From NCBI GenBank assembly GCA_016187225.1, contig JACPKC010000010.1, forward strand, positions 67,541-131,540: a DNA stretch of 64,000 nucleotides, in the 5' to 3' direction. Origin of the DNA: Candidatus Berkelbacteria bacterium. GTDB lineage: Bacteria > Patescibacteriota > UBA1384 > JACPKC01. The translations under genes and the position numbers were made by a program. A model generated the notes under the pieces. That model saw only the letters and a program-made list of their open reading frames with translations. It was not told the DNA's origin and did no database searches. Below are positions 1 to 9,494 of this stretch, in pieces (position 1 is the first letter of the stretch; each line of letters starts with the position of its first letter).

Positions 1-1
1 C

Positions 2-484
2 TTTGGGCAGGGTGTTTCTGTGACGCCGATGCAAATCGTGCGAGCCTGGGCGGCGCTCATCAACGGTGGCAAGCTTGTCACGCCGCATGTCGTCAAAGCG
101 GTAACGGGTGAGCGTTCGATCACTCTCGCCGCCGATGCGCCGATTAAAGAAGGCGTAATTTCACAAGAAACGAGTTCCAAAGTTCGTGGTATGCTTGAAT
201 CGGTAGTTAAAAATGGCCCATATGGCCGCACGCGCATTAAGGGTTATCGGATTGGCGGTAAGACCGGCACAGCTCAAATTGCCTCCGATCAAGGCGGCTA
301 TTCTGAGACCGATTACACCCATTCACTGATTGGGTTTTTTCCAGTTGATGAGCCCAAATTTCTAATCCTCGTAAAACTTGACAAGCCTAAAAACGCCGAA
401 TTCGCCGAAAGTACTGCCGGTCCTATCTTTCACGACATTGCTCAATATCTTTTTGGCTACTATAAGATCCCGCCCACAGAATGA
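2..484 (+). CDS. ftsI: Penicillin-binding protein FtsI/PBP2-like transpeptidase, C-terminal fragment; the gene continues upstream of the window
   Basis: The frame is open from the window edge. It carries a KTG-type motif 'GGKTGTAQ' and the transpeptidase block 'FGQGVSVTPMQ'. It sits immediately upstream of murF in a dcw-type cluster. Confidence 0.8.
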   Translation, partial: FGQGVSVTPMQIVRAWAALINGGKLVTPHVVKAVTGERSITLAADAPIKEGVISQETSSKVRGMLESVVKNGPYGRTRIKGYRIGGKTGTAQIASDQGGYSETDYTHSLIGFFPVDEPKFLILVKLDKPKNAEFAESTAGPIFHDIAQYLFGYYKIPPTE

Positions 485-1647
485 GTATGAAAAAATTTGC
501 TAAATACATTCTTGAAAGCTTGCTTGCCTGGGGTGCGCATCGAACGATTAGGGTGCAAAAACCCTTGATTATCGGCATCACAGGCAGTTCTGGCAAAACT
601 AGCACTAAAGATGCTATTGGTCATGTGCTCAAATACACATTACACGACCGTGAAATAAATGTTGCGGAGGGCAATTTGAACACAGAATTTGGTTTGCCGT
701 TGGCTGTGCTTGGCCTGTCTAAACCAGAAACTAAACTTACTTGGTTGGAGGCTGGAATCAACGCTCTCTTGCTGGGCATGAGTCCAGTGCGCACGTCGCG
801 TTCGCCAATCTTAGTTTTGGAATATGGCGCCGAACAGCCCGGAGATATTCACCGTCTGGTTAAATTTGCCCGTCCCGATATTAGCGTGGTGACGAACATC
901 GGCGAAGCGCACACCGCCTTTCTCGGGTCGATCGAGGGAGTCGCGAAAGAAAAATCTTGGCTAGTCAAAGCACTGCCTAAATCCGGCATTGCAATTTTAA
1001 ATGGAGACGACAAGCGTGTCTGGGCAATGCGAGAATTTACACACTCAACGGTCGTTAAAGTGATAGGCAAGGGGCAAGATTTTGCTCGGTCAGCCGCACT
1101 TGCGGTGGCTGAATACGGTTTCGGAATTCAGGCGAAGAGTGCGCGCGCGGCGCTCAAAAGTTGGGAACCACCAGTTGGGCGGCTTCGCCTGCTAAAAGCG
1201 GTTAACGGCGCTTGGCTGTTAGATGATACCTATAACGCCAACCCGCTTTCAACCACTCTCGCTTTGTCTGAACTCGGACGTTTAGGGCGAGAGAAGAAGG
1301 CTAAGCGTTTGGTTGCGATTTTGGGCGATATGCTCGAACTTGGCTCTGAAGAACACCGGGCGCATCAGGGCATTGCTTTGCTTGGCGACCGGGTGGCTGA
1401 TCAACTCATTCTGGTCGGACCACGTTTTCGTCGAACTAAACTGGGAATCTGGTTTCCTGGCCCTATTCCAGCGGCCGCGTTTGTGCTCTCGCAAATTCAA
1501 AAAGGGGATTTGGTTCTCGTGAAAGGTTCGCAGAGTATGCGGATGGAAAAGGTAAGCGAAAGTTTGCTCGCCAATCAGCGTGAATCAAATCAGGTTCTTG
1601 TGCGCCAGACACGCTATTGGAAACAGAAACCGTACATTGCGCCCTGA
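481..1647 (+). CDS. murF: UDP-N-acetylmuramoyl-tripeptide--D-alanyl-D-alanine ligase
   Basis: Mur ligase P-loop 'GITGSSGKTSTKD' and the 'LLDDTYNANP' block are present. There is an ATGA overlap with the upstream gene. Confidence 0.9.
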   Translation: MSMKKFAKYILESLLAWGAHRTIRVQKPLIIGITGSSGKTSTKDAIGHVLKYTLHDREINVAEGNLNTEFGLPLAVLGLSKPETKLTWLEAGINALLLGMSPVRTSRSPILVLEYGAEQPGDIHRLVKFARPDISVVTNIGEAHTAFLGSIEGVAKEKSWLVKALPKSGIAILNGDDKRVWAMREFTHSTVVKVIGKGQDFARSAALAVAEYGFGIQAKSARAALKSWEPPVGRLRLLKAVNGAWLLDDTYNANPLSTTLALSELGRLGREKKAKRLVAILGDMLELGSEEHRAHQGIALLGDRVADQLILVGPRFRRTKLGIWFPGPIPAAAFVLSQIQKGDLVLVKGSQSMRMEKVSESLLANQRESNQVLVRQTRYWKQKPYIAP

Positions 1648-1671
1648 CGCACGCCTGTTTAGGATGTAAAT

Positions 1672-2700
1672 ATGGAAAGTATCTCGCTTGCAATTAGTGA
1701 TCTCGCCTTTGTTTTTTGGCTCACAACGCTTTCATTTTTGGTAGCGATCGCCTTGACGCCCATCTTAACTGACTATCTCTATACTCATCGAGTTTGGAAG
1801 CAAATTAAAGACACGGCAATAACAGGTGAAAAGGCGCCGGTATTCTACAAACTGCATAAAGCCAAACAGGCGCGCAGGATCCCGACAATGGCAGGCATCT
1901 TAATTTGGGGCGTGGTTGCGCTGGTCACCTTGCTTTTCAATCTTGATCGTGCCGGAACTTGGCTCCCACTCTTTACCTTAGCGGCTGCCGGCGCGCTTGG
2001 CTTAATCGATGACTATATTAATATTCATGCTGGTAAGACAGGGATCAAGGGTATTCGATTTTGGCTCAAGCTTGGTCTTCAGCTCTTAATCGGCATCGTT
2101 GGCGCGTGGTGGTTCTACTCTAAACTCGGTTTTGATGTGCTCCATGTGCCTGGAGTGGGTGACTTTTCGATTGGCTGGCTATATATCCCACTCTTTATTT
2201 TAGTCATTATTTCATCTGCCAATGCAGTGAATATTACTGATGGTCTAGATGGTCTGGCGGGCGGTTTGTTGGCGATCACATTTACAGCTTACGCCGTTAT
2301 TGCGCTGACAGAAGGCAAAATCGAACTCGCTGCCTTTTGCGGTACAATCGTTGGCGCAGTTCTAGCCTACACATGGTTCAATATTCATCCAGCTCGTTTT
2401 TTTATGGGCGATACCGGTTCGCTCGCGCTTGGAGCAACTTTGGGTGTAGTTGCAATGCTTACCGATACCGCCTTACCTTTAATAGTGATCGGCGGTGTGT
2501 TTGTCGCTGAAACATTTTCAGTCATTCTTCAGCTGGTTTCTAAAAAGATTTTTGGACGGAAAATTTTTTTTTCGACACCCATTCATCATCATTTCGAAGC
2601 AATTGGTTGGCCCGAAACTAAAGTTACGATGCGATTTTGGGTGATCGGAGCTGTTTTTGCCATCCTTGGTCTCGTCATCGCTCTTTTTGGTCGAGGTTAG
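1672..2700 (+). CDS. mraY: Phospho-N-acetylmuramoyl-pentapeptide transferase
   Basis: It is polytopic and carries the MraY signature 'NAVNITDGLDGLAGG'. It lies in dcw-cluster context. Confidence 0.92.
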   Translation: MESISLAISDLAFVFWLTTLSFLVAIALTPILTDYLYTHRVWKQIKDTAITGEKAPVFYKLHKAKQARRIPTMAGILIWGVVALVTLLFNLDRAGTWLPLFTLAAAGALGLIDDYINIHAGKTGIKGIRFWLKLGLQLLIGIVGAWWFYSKLGFDVLHVPGVGDFSIGWLYIPLFILVIISSANAVNITDGLDGLAGGLLAITFTAYAVIALTEGKIELAAFCGTIVGAVLAYTWFNIHPARFFMGDTGSLALGATLGVVAMLTDTALPLIVIGGVFVAETFSVILQLVSKKIFGRKIFFSTPIHHHFEAIGWPETKVTMRFWVIGAVFAILGLVIALFGRG

Positions 2701-2732
2701 AACTCTAGGTTGAGTTAACGTATAATAGTTAC

Positions 2733-4109
2733 ATGTTTCCCGATAGATTGCGACAGAGTCGAATCGGTATTTTAGGTTTTGGCGTGAATAACCGCGAATT
2801 GGCTCGTTGGTTAGTTCGTCATGGCGTTTCTAAATTAACAGTTTATGACGAAAATCCGGCCGTTACAGATGCACTTAAACGCCTTGGTCTGACTTCGATT
2901 CGAGTAGTTGCTGGCCCCGGCGCTTTCAAAAAAGTCGAAGCTGACGTTGCCTTTCGTTCACCTGGCATTCCACGCCATCGCCCGGAGTTTCAAGCGGCGC
3001 TTAAACGCGGCGTTGAAATCAGCTCGCAAACCGACCTTTTTCTAGAGTTTTGCCCGGCTCAAGTGATCGGTGTCACAGGAACAAAGGGCAAGGGGACAAC
3101 AAGCTCTCTTATAGCGCACTTGCTTGCCCAGGAGAAAAAATCGGGCGCCCTTCACTTGGCAGGAAATATCGGTCAAGATCCTTTTGAATTTTTAGATGCG
3201 CTGACAGCTCAAGATCGAGTCGTGTTAGAGCTTTCCAGCTTTCAATTAATCGATTTAAAGCATAGTCCAAGCGTTGCCGTGGTTTTGGCGGTATCGTCGG
3301 ATCATCTGGATCACCATTCAACACGTGAAGAGTATGTTGGCGCGAAGCAGAATATTGTTAAATACCAAAAATCGGACGACCTCGTGGTACTAAATTTAGA
3401 TAACGCAACCGCGCTCGCGTTCGGCGCCGCAACGCGCGCGCGCGCTTATTACTACTCGATCCGCAAAAGCGTCGATGTCGGCGCCTTCTATTCGAAAGAG
3501 ACAATTTATTGGCGTCAGCTTGGTCAGGAAATTCCGCAAGTTGTGGCGCACAGTGAAGATGTGTCTCTTATTGGAGAACATAATCGTCTAAACGTAGTCG
3601 CGGCGCTTACAACAGTGTTGGCTCTTGGTTACTCTCAAGATAAAATCGCGAGCGCCTTGCGTTCCTTTCCAGGTTTGTCGCATCGTCTCGAACTTGTTGC
3701 CGAGGATCAAGGCGTACGTTGGTACAACGATTCTTACGCCACCATTCCTGAAGCGACCATTGTCGCGCTCAATAGTTTTCAAGCGCCGATCCATCTCATC
3801 GTCGGCGGTTCGAATAAAGGCGCCGAGTGGCATGAATTGGGTGAGGCAATCGCGCATAGCCAAGTTAAGCAACTTTTAAGCATCGGCGAGACCGGGCCAA
3901 AGATCGCTGATGCGGCCCTGGAGGCTGGCTACGACAAAGCCCGGATTTTTGATGCCATAACCCTTGAGGCGGCTTTGCGACAAGCGCGGTCTCAAGCAAA
4001 ATTTGGTGATGTCGTTCTGCTTTCGCCAGCTTCGGCGTCGTTTGACCAATTTAAGAATGCCAGTCAGCGCGGTGAGATTTTTAAATCCTTGGTCAGAGGT
4101 CAAATATGA
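2733..4109 (+). CDS. murD: UDP-N-acetylmuramoylalanine--D-glutamate ligase
   Basis: Mur ligase motif 'GVTGTKGKGTTSSL' and the 'GEHNRLN' block are present, and its position is between mraY and ftsW. Confidence 0.9.
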   Translation: MFPDRLRQSRIGILGFGVNNRELARWLVRHGVSKLTVYDENPAVTDALKRLGLTSIRVVAGPGAFKKVEADVAFRSPGIPRHRPEFQAALKRGVEISSQTDLFLEFCPAQVIGVTGTKGKGTTSSLIAHLLAQEKKSGALHLAGNIGQDPFEFLDALTAQDRVVLELSSFQLIDLKHSPSVAVVLAVSSDHLDHHSTREEYVGAKQNIVKYQKSDDLVVLNLDNATALAFGAATRARAYYYSIRKSVDVGAFYSKETIYWRQLGQEIPQVVAHSEDVSLIGEHNRLNVVAALTTVLALGYSQDKIASALRSFPGLSHRLELVAEDQGVRWYNDSYATIPEATIVALNSFQAPIHLIVGGSNKGAEWHELGEAIAHSQVKQLLSIGETGPKIADAALEAGYDKARIFDAITLEAALRQARSQAKFGDVVLLSPASASFDQFKNASQRGEIFKSLVRGQI

Positions 4110-5242
4110 GCTTGTCGCGTTTCCGTGGTTCGAATCGCGACAAGGTTGATTCTTGGTTGCTTTTGAGCGTGCTCATGCTCGTCGGCGTCGGTTTGATCAT
4201 GATTTCATCAGCTTCAGTCGTGCTTTCATCAGAATACTTCGGCTCGAATTATGCCTATTCAAGCAAACAACTCCTACATTTTGGAATTGGTCTAGTCGCT
4301 CTGATTGTCGGTGTACTGGTTGACTATCGTCTATGGCAACGTTTAGCGCCGGCTCTTCTTGGCGTCATAATTCTGTTATTGCTTGCCACCCATATTCCTG
4401 GGTTGGCGCAAACTGCTCAAGGCGCCCAGCGCTGGATCGAACTTGGGCCGATCCAATTCCAGCCTTCGGAACTTGTCAAGATCTTTGCAATTCTTTACTT
4501 TGCCGCTTGGCTCGCGGCAAAAGGCAGTCATTTATCGAGTTTAACGCGAGGCCTTGTGCCATTTATCACCGTCCTCGGGGTGATTACTTTGCTTATTTTC
4601 GCTCAACCCGATGCTGGGACCGCGATGGTGATTCTATTTACGGTAACGACGATGTATTTTATTGCCGGTGCGCCTTGGATGCATTTGTTCTACGCAGGAA
4701 TTTTAGGCGGTAGTTTGTTTGGGCTCTTGATTCTTTCGGCGCCATATCGGCTTCAGCGGTTTTTGGTGTTTTTGAATCCCTCTGAAGAAACTCTCGGCGC
4801 CGCTTATCACATCAACCAGGCTCTCCTTGCGATCGGCGCCGGCGGCATGTTTGGCGTGGGTTTCGGCCAGAGTAAGCAGAAATTTCTCTACTTACCCGAA
4901 CCGCACACTGATTCAATTTTTGCAATTACGATTGAAGAACTTGGTTTTTTGCGGGCAATGTTAATCGTTGCTTTGCTTATTTTCGTAATGTTGCGGGGTT
5001 ATCAAATCGCCCGGGTGGTTCAGGATCCTTTTGGTCGTTACGTTGCCGTAGGGATAACAAGCTTGATTGCCATTCAGACATTTATCAATATCGGAGCCAT
5101 GTTAGGTCTAATGCCGCTGACGGGTGTCACCTTGCCATTTATCAGCTATGGCGGTTCCTCGTTAATCTCCTTGCTTTTTGGAGTTGGGATTCTACTTAAT
5201 ATCTCTCGACAAGCAGTTTTGATCCCGAAAGGAATGCATTAG
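4106..5242 (+). CDS. ftsW: SEDS-family cell division protein FtsW (peptidoglycan polymerase / lipid II flippase family)
   Basis: It is a roughly 10-TM protein with SEDS blocks 'GAQRWIELGPIQFQPSE' and 'LPEPHTDSIFA'. It lies between murD and murG. Confidence 0.9.
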   Translation: MSLSRFRGSNRDKVDSWLLLSVLMLVGVGLIMISSASVVLSSEYFGSNYAYSSKQLLHFGIGLVALIVGVLVDYRLWQRLAPALLGVIILLLLATHIPGLAQTAQGAQRWIELGPIQFQPSELVKIFAILYFAAWLAAKGSHLSSLTRGLVPFITVLGVITLLIFAQPDAGTAMVILFTVTTMYFIAGAPWMHLFYAGILGGSLFGLLILSAPYRLQRFLVFLNPSEETLGAAYHINQALLAIGAGGMFGVGFGQSKQKFLYLPEPHTDSIFAITIEELGFLRAMLIVALLIFVMLRGYQIARVVQDPFGRYVAVGITSLIAIQTFINIGAMLGLMPLTGVTLPFISYGGSSLISLLFGVGILLNISRQAVLIPKGMH

Positions 5243-5402
5243 ATGTGTTCCTCAATAACCTTTATGTCTAAATCGTCTCGAATTTGGCTAAACCAAACGC
5301 TTGCCTCGGTCAGTGTAACTCTCGTTACGTCTCTCTCGGCTTTCATTCGTTTCGCTCAAATTCAAACCAATTTCGAGCATGAAATTATTGGGGAACACAT
5401 CT
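5241..5402. repeat. 160-bp intergenic element flanked by imperfect 17-18 bp inverted repeats (AGATGTGTTCCTCAATAA ... TTATTGGGGAACACATCT); MITE-like or regulatory insert between ftsW and murG
   Basis: The left arm overlaps the ftsW stop codon and the right arm ends 2 nt before the murG ATG. The arms are reverse complements apart from one T/C difference. The same box recurs at 13148 and 63646. Confidence 0.5.
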
Positions 5403-5403
5403 A

Positions 5404-6480
5404 ATGAAGCGCATGATCGTCCTTGCCGGCGGGGGAACCGCCGGACACGTTTACCCGGTTTTAGAAGTGATACAGGCGTTGAGAAACTTAGACCCACTGC
5501 TAGATTTTGCTTATATCGGAAATCAGACTGGCCCCGAGAGTCAGTTGGTGCGAGCAGAGCAGGTGCCATTTTATGGCATTCCGGCCGAAAAACTTCGGCG
5601 TTATTGGGATTGGCGCACCTTTCTTCTACCCTTTCGAATTTTCAAAGGCACAGTCGAAGCCTTTGGGCTTTTAAGGATGTTAAAAGCGCAAGCGGTATTT
5701 TGTAAAGGCGGTTATGTGTGCGTGCCAGTTGCCTTAGCCGCTCGCTTCTTGCGTATTCCGATAATTTTACATGAGACGGATTCGATCATGGGACTTTCAA
5801 ATCGCTTAGTGGCGCCTTTTGCGCAAGCGGTTGCAATTAGTTTTCCACGGCCATCACTTATCGAAGCTGGTAAAAATACGCGCATCGTTTATACCGGTAA
5901 TCCAGTCCGACGAGAATTTTTTTCTCAAAAAAAGATCGAGCGTGTCGATGATCGTCCCTGCCTTGTCATAGTTGGTGGTTCGCAAGGCGCACATGCAATT
6001 AATTATTTCATTCAAGTGATTTTGCCCAAACTGCTCGAGCGCTATCGAGTGATTCATATTACGGGGCCCCAAGAGTTTTCAAATTTCCGTCAATTTACTC
6101 GCACAGATGTTTACGAGCCGGTTGCTTACGCCGAGAAAATCGTTGATCTTTTAGCGCAGGCGGATTTAGTTATCTCGCGCGCTGGTGGCACAATCTTCGA
6201 ATTGGCCGCTCTCGGCAAGCCGACAATCTTAATTCCAATTCCTAATTCAGCCAACAATCATCAGCGCGTGAATGCGGAAATTTTACTAAGTCGCGGGGCG
6301 GCGGTTATGCTGAATGAGCGTCAGCTTCAGCCCGCTCAACTTCTGAAAGAAATTACTACCCTTTTTCGAGATTCGATGCGTCGACAGAAGATGGGTGAAC
6401 GGATTCGAGAATTTGCTAGACCAAATGCCGCCCAAGATGTGGCGACTTTAATTTTAAACTCGATCGAGGACCGAGCATGA
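5404..6480 (+). CDS. murG: Undecaprenyl-PP-MurNAc-pentapeptide-UDPGlcNAc GlcNAc transferase
   Basis: N-terminal 'LAGGGTAGHVYP' glycosyltransferase family 28 motif is present, in dcw context. Confidence 0.9.
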   Translation: MKRMIVLAGGGTAGHVYPVLEVIQALRNLDPLLDFAYIGNQTGPESQLVRAEQVPFYGIPAEKLRRYWDWRTFLLPFRIFKGTVEAFGLLRMLKAQAVFCKGGYVCVPVALAARFLRIPIILHETDSIMGLSNRLVAPFAQAVAISFPRPSLIEAGKNTRIVYTGNPVRREFFSQKKIERVDDRPCLVIVGGSQGAHAINYFIQVILPKLLERYRVIHITGPQEFSNFRQFTRTDVYEPVAYAEKIVDLLAQADLVISRAGGTIFELAALGKPTILIPIPNSANNHQRVNAEILLSRGAAVMLNERQLQPAQLLKEITTLFRDSMRRQKMGERIREFARPNAAQDVATLILNSIEDRA

Positions 6481-7733
6481 GATATCATTTAATCGGCATT
6501 AACGGTTCGGCCATGAGCGGGTTGGCTGAAATTTTGCGTGGTTTTGGCCATACAGTAACCGGCTCCGATCTTGCAACTACCGGCCACAGCGCAACTAATG
6601 TGACTGGCGCCGAGCGGGTTATTTACACACCCGCCATTCGCGAGTCATCTCCGGGTTGGGTTGAACTTGCAGTGGCGCGAGCACAAGGGCTTGAAATCTT
6701 GCGCGCCGATGAGCTTCTTGGAGAACTTACACGGGACGCCAAACTAATTGCCATCACGGGCACACACGGCAAGTCAAGCACAACAGCGATGGTTGCTAAA
6801 ATCTGTGTAGACTTGGGTCTAAATCCGACTGTCCTAATTGGCGCACCCATTCCTGCTTGGAAAGGAAGAAACTATCGACTTGGCAATCCAAAGTTTTGGG
6901 TGCTTGAGGCGGACGATTACGATCGTAAATTTTTGACCCTTACGCCTGACATCGCCGTCGTGACCAATCTTGAGGTTGAACATTTGGACGTTTATCGAGA
7001 CCTCGCCGATATTCAATCCGCGTTCGCGAATTTTTTGCAGAAGGTCAAGGTTGATGGCACAATTATTGCTCATACTGAATCCACGGTCGACGAAATTTTG
7101 ACGAATCTTCCGGTTAGAATTATTCATTATGGAGGGGCAAGCGATGAGTATGTGCCCGCACTTTTGCCAAAACTTAAAGTTTTAGGCGAACACCAGCGCT
7201 TAAATGCCACGGCCGCGCTCGCTGTTGCTGATGCACTTGGTCTCGATCTAGGCGTAGCCAAACGATCTTTGGCGGGTTTCACTGGAACAGGGCGACGATT
7301 AGAGTATCTGGGTGAAAAAGCGGGTGTGCTCTTTTATGATGATTATGGTCATCATCCAACAGAAATTCATGTAAGTTTATCTGCCCTGAAACAAGCATTT
7401 CCCAACAGACGTTTGGTTGTTGCTTTTCAAGCCCATCAGCATAGTCGAGTCAAAGCTTTGTTTAATAGTTTTACCAAGGCTTTTAGTAATGCAACGGTCG
7501 TTTACCTTATCGATATCTATACAGTTCCCGGTCGTGATGAAAATGTTTGTGTGGAGACGCAAGACCTTGCCGCGGCTATTAGTGCCGCTGGCACAGAAGC
7601 GCGCTATCTTGGTTCTTTGCAAGATCTCAAACGCGTGTTGCCCACCCTTGTGGATAGAGGCGATGTGTTTTTAACTTTGGGCGCGACCGATATTACGAGA
7701 GTCGGTCGAGATTGGTTGGGGAAAGATAAATGA
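6477..7733 (+). CDS. murC: UDP-N-acetylmuramate--L-alanine ligase
   Basis: 'GINGSAMSGLAEIL' and 'ITGTHGKSSTTAM' Mur ligase motifs are present, with an ATGA overlap with murG. Confidence 0.9.
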   Translation: MRYHLIGINGSAMSGLAEILRGFGHTVTGSDLATTGHSATNVTGAERVIYTPAIRESSPGWVELAVARAQGLEILRADELLGELTRDAKLIAITGTHGKSSTTAMVAKICVDLGLNPTVLIGAPIPAWKGRNYRLGNPKFWVLEADDYDRKFLTLTPDIAVVTNLEVEHLDVYRDLADIQSAFANFLQKVKVDGTIIAHTESTVDEILTNLPVRIIHYGGASDEYVPALLPKLKVLGEHQRLNATAALAVADALGLDLGVAKRSLAGFTGTGRRLEYLGEKAGVLFYDDYGHHPTEIHVSLSALKQAFPNRRLVVAFQAHQHSRVKALFNSFTKAFSNATVVYLIDIYTVPGRDENVCVETQDLAAAISAAGTEARYLGSLQDLKRVLPTLVDRGDVFLTLGATDITRVGRDWLGKDK

Positions 7734-8713
7734 ACCAGCTTTATTCTAAACTTCAGCAGGAATTAAATGATCTCAAAGTTAATGAGTCGCTTGCACTTTT
7801 TTCCTATATGAAAGTTGGCGGTTCGGCTGATTATTTATATACAGCACGCACAACGGACGACCTGATCCAAGCTCTTCGCCTGGCGCGCAAATTTAATCTT
7901 CAATGGACAATTCTCGGCGGCGCAAGCAACGTTGTCATTTCCGACCAGGGGATTCGCGGTCTCGTAATTCGCAACCTCACCAATAATACTGGTTTTATCG
8001 TCGATGAAGGGCGAGCGATTGTCGATTCAGGTTTAAGTCTCGCGCGTTTTATTATGCTCGCAGCTCAACACGGCTTAGCTGGGCTCGAACCGCTTTACGG
8101 CATTCCAGGTACAGTCGGCGGCGCTCTCTATGGCAATGCTGGCGCGCATCAGACATCTATTAGCGATTATTTAGCTACCCTGACTGTTCTCACTGAAGCA
8201 GGTGAGATTGAGCAGTATGATAAGAGCTGGCTTAAACCTGAATATCGAGACACGGCGTTGAAATCCGCTCGCGCTCGGGGCGTAAAATCTGGCCCTGTAA
8301 TTTTATCGGCTCAATTTCAGTTGACACAGGCTAAACCTGAAGTGATTCTGAAACGCATTCGTGAATTCAATAGTTGGCGACTTGAGCATCAGCCGATTGG
8401 CGAACCGTGTTGCGGCTCTGTTTTTCGAAATCCCGATCCAAAAGTAAAAGAAAAAACAGCCGGTTTCCTTTTGGATACCGCAGGTGCTAAACAACTTAAG
8501 AATGGCGGGGCGCATGTTTCAAAGAAACACGCCAACTTTGTTGTTCACGATGGTACAGCAACCGCGTTTCAAATTAGAACACTCTTCGATAGAATGCGAG
8601 CACTTGTCCAAACCCAGCACGCTATCGCACTTCAGGAAGAGATTGAATATCTTGGCGACTGGAGCCTGACAGCTAAAGAGGGGAGTCACGATGCCCCAGC
8701 CGAATTGGCGTGA
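7730..8713 (+). CDS. murB: UDP-N-acetylenolpyruvoylglucosamine reductase
   Basis: FAD-binding PCMH-type N-terminus 'MKVGGSADYLY...ILGGASN' is present, with MurB C-terminal blocks. Confidence 0.88.
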   Translation: MNQLYSKLQQELNDLKVNESLALFSYMKVGGSADYLYTARTTDDLIQALRLARKFNLQWTILGGASNVVISDQGIRGLVIRNLTNNTGFIVDEGRAIVDSGLSLARFIMLAAQHGLAGLEPLYGIPGTVGGALYGNAGAHQTSISDYLATLTVLTEAGEIEQYDKSWLKPEYRDTALKSARARGVKSGPVILSAQFQLTQAKPEVILKRIREFNSWRLEHQPIGEPCCGSVFRNPDPKVKEKTAGFLLDTAGAKQLKNGGAHVSKKHANFVVHDGTATAFQIRTLFDRMRALVQTQHAIALQEEIEYLGDWSLTAKEGSHDAPAELA

Positions 8714-9485
8714 GCGTTATCGTCATCCTAAAATTTATCGCGCTACACCGACCTATGTCCAGCCGGTTAAGATTCGGCTTGACCCAAAATTAATCGGCAT
8801 GTCAGTCGGGTTGATTCTTTTCAGTGGTTTAATTTGGCTTATTCTCTTCTCAAAATTATTTATGATTCAGCAAATCGATATCGTCGGGACTGTTACGCCA
8901 GAAGTCCAAACCGAAATCACCAATCTGTATGGTAAAAATCTTTTAACTTATTCATCTGGCGGCATGGAGCGACGGCTCAAAGAGGCGCAATCATCAATTC
9001 GCGAGGTTCAGGTTTACAAAGGGCTACCTCGGACCTTGCGAATTGAAATTGCCGTTCGAACGCCGATCCTCGCTTGGCGATCCGGTGATACCACCTATCT
9101 TTTAGATGAACAGGGGATTGCTTTTCAAGCAGGCGTTGGTGTCGCAGTTGACGAACAAGGCAAATCGCTTATTACAGTTGTCGATAATTTTCGTCAGCCG
9201 ATTGTTTTGGGTAAACAGTTAGTCCGCCGCCAATTTATTACGATGGCAGCTGAATTGAGTCGCACTTTTCCAGTCCAATTCCCGTTGATAATTGATCGAT
9301 TGGAAGTTGGGCAAACCACTTTTGAACTCGTTGTTGTTACAAATGCCGGCTGGAAAGCGTATTTTGATACCACGCGTGATCTTGAGCCTCAACTCGAATC
9401 ACTTAAAAAAATCTTTGAAAACTTTCACGATGCAATTAAAGAGTACGTTGATTTACGCATCGTGGGTCGCGCTTATTATAAATAG
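8691..9485 (+). CDS. ftsQ: Cell division protein FtsQ/DivIB-like (POTRA domain)
   Basis: It has a single N-terminal TM helix followed by a POTRA-like region ('IDIVGTVTPEVQTEI'). It follows murB, where ftsQ/divIB normally sits. Confidence 0.7.
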   Translation: MPQPNWRERYRHPKIYRATPTYVQPVKIRLDPKLIGMSVGLILFSGLIWLILFSKLFMIQQIDIVGTVTPEVQTEITNLYGKNLLTYSSGGMERRLKEAQSSIREVQVYKGLPRTLRIEIAVRTPILAWRSGDTTYLLDEQGIAFQAGVGVAVDEQGKSLITVVDNFRQPIVLGKQLVRRQFITMAAELSRTFPVQFPLIIDRLEVGQTTFELVVVTNAGWKAYFDTTRDLEPQLESLKKIFENFHDAIKEYVDLRIVGRAYYK

Positions 9486-9494
9486 GAGGACAAG

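Noticed and set aside
5288-5569. 93-aa minus-strand ORF spanning the ftsW-murG spacer
   Set aside because: It overlaps the murG 5' end and has no SD. It lies inside the inverted-repeat element, where a coding role is less parsimonious than a repeat or regulatory role.
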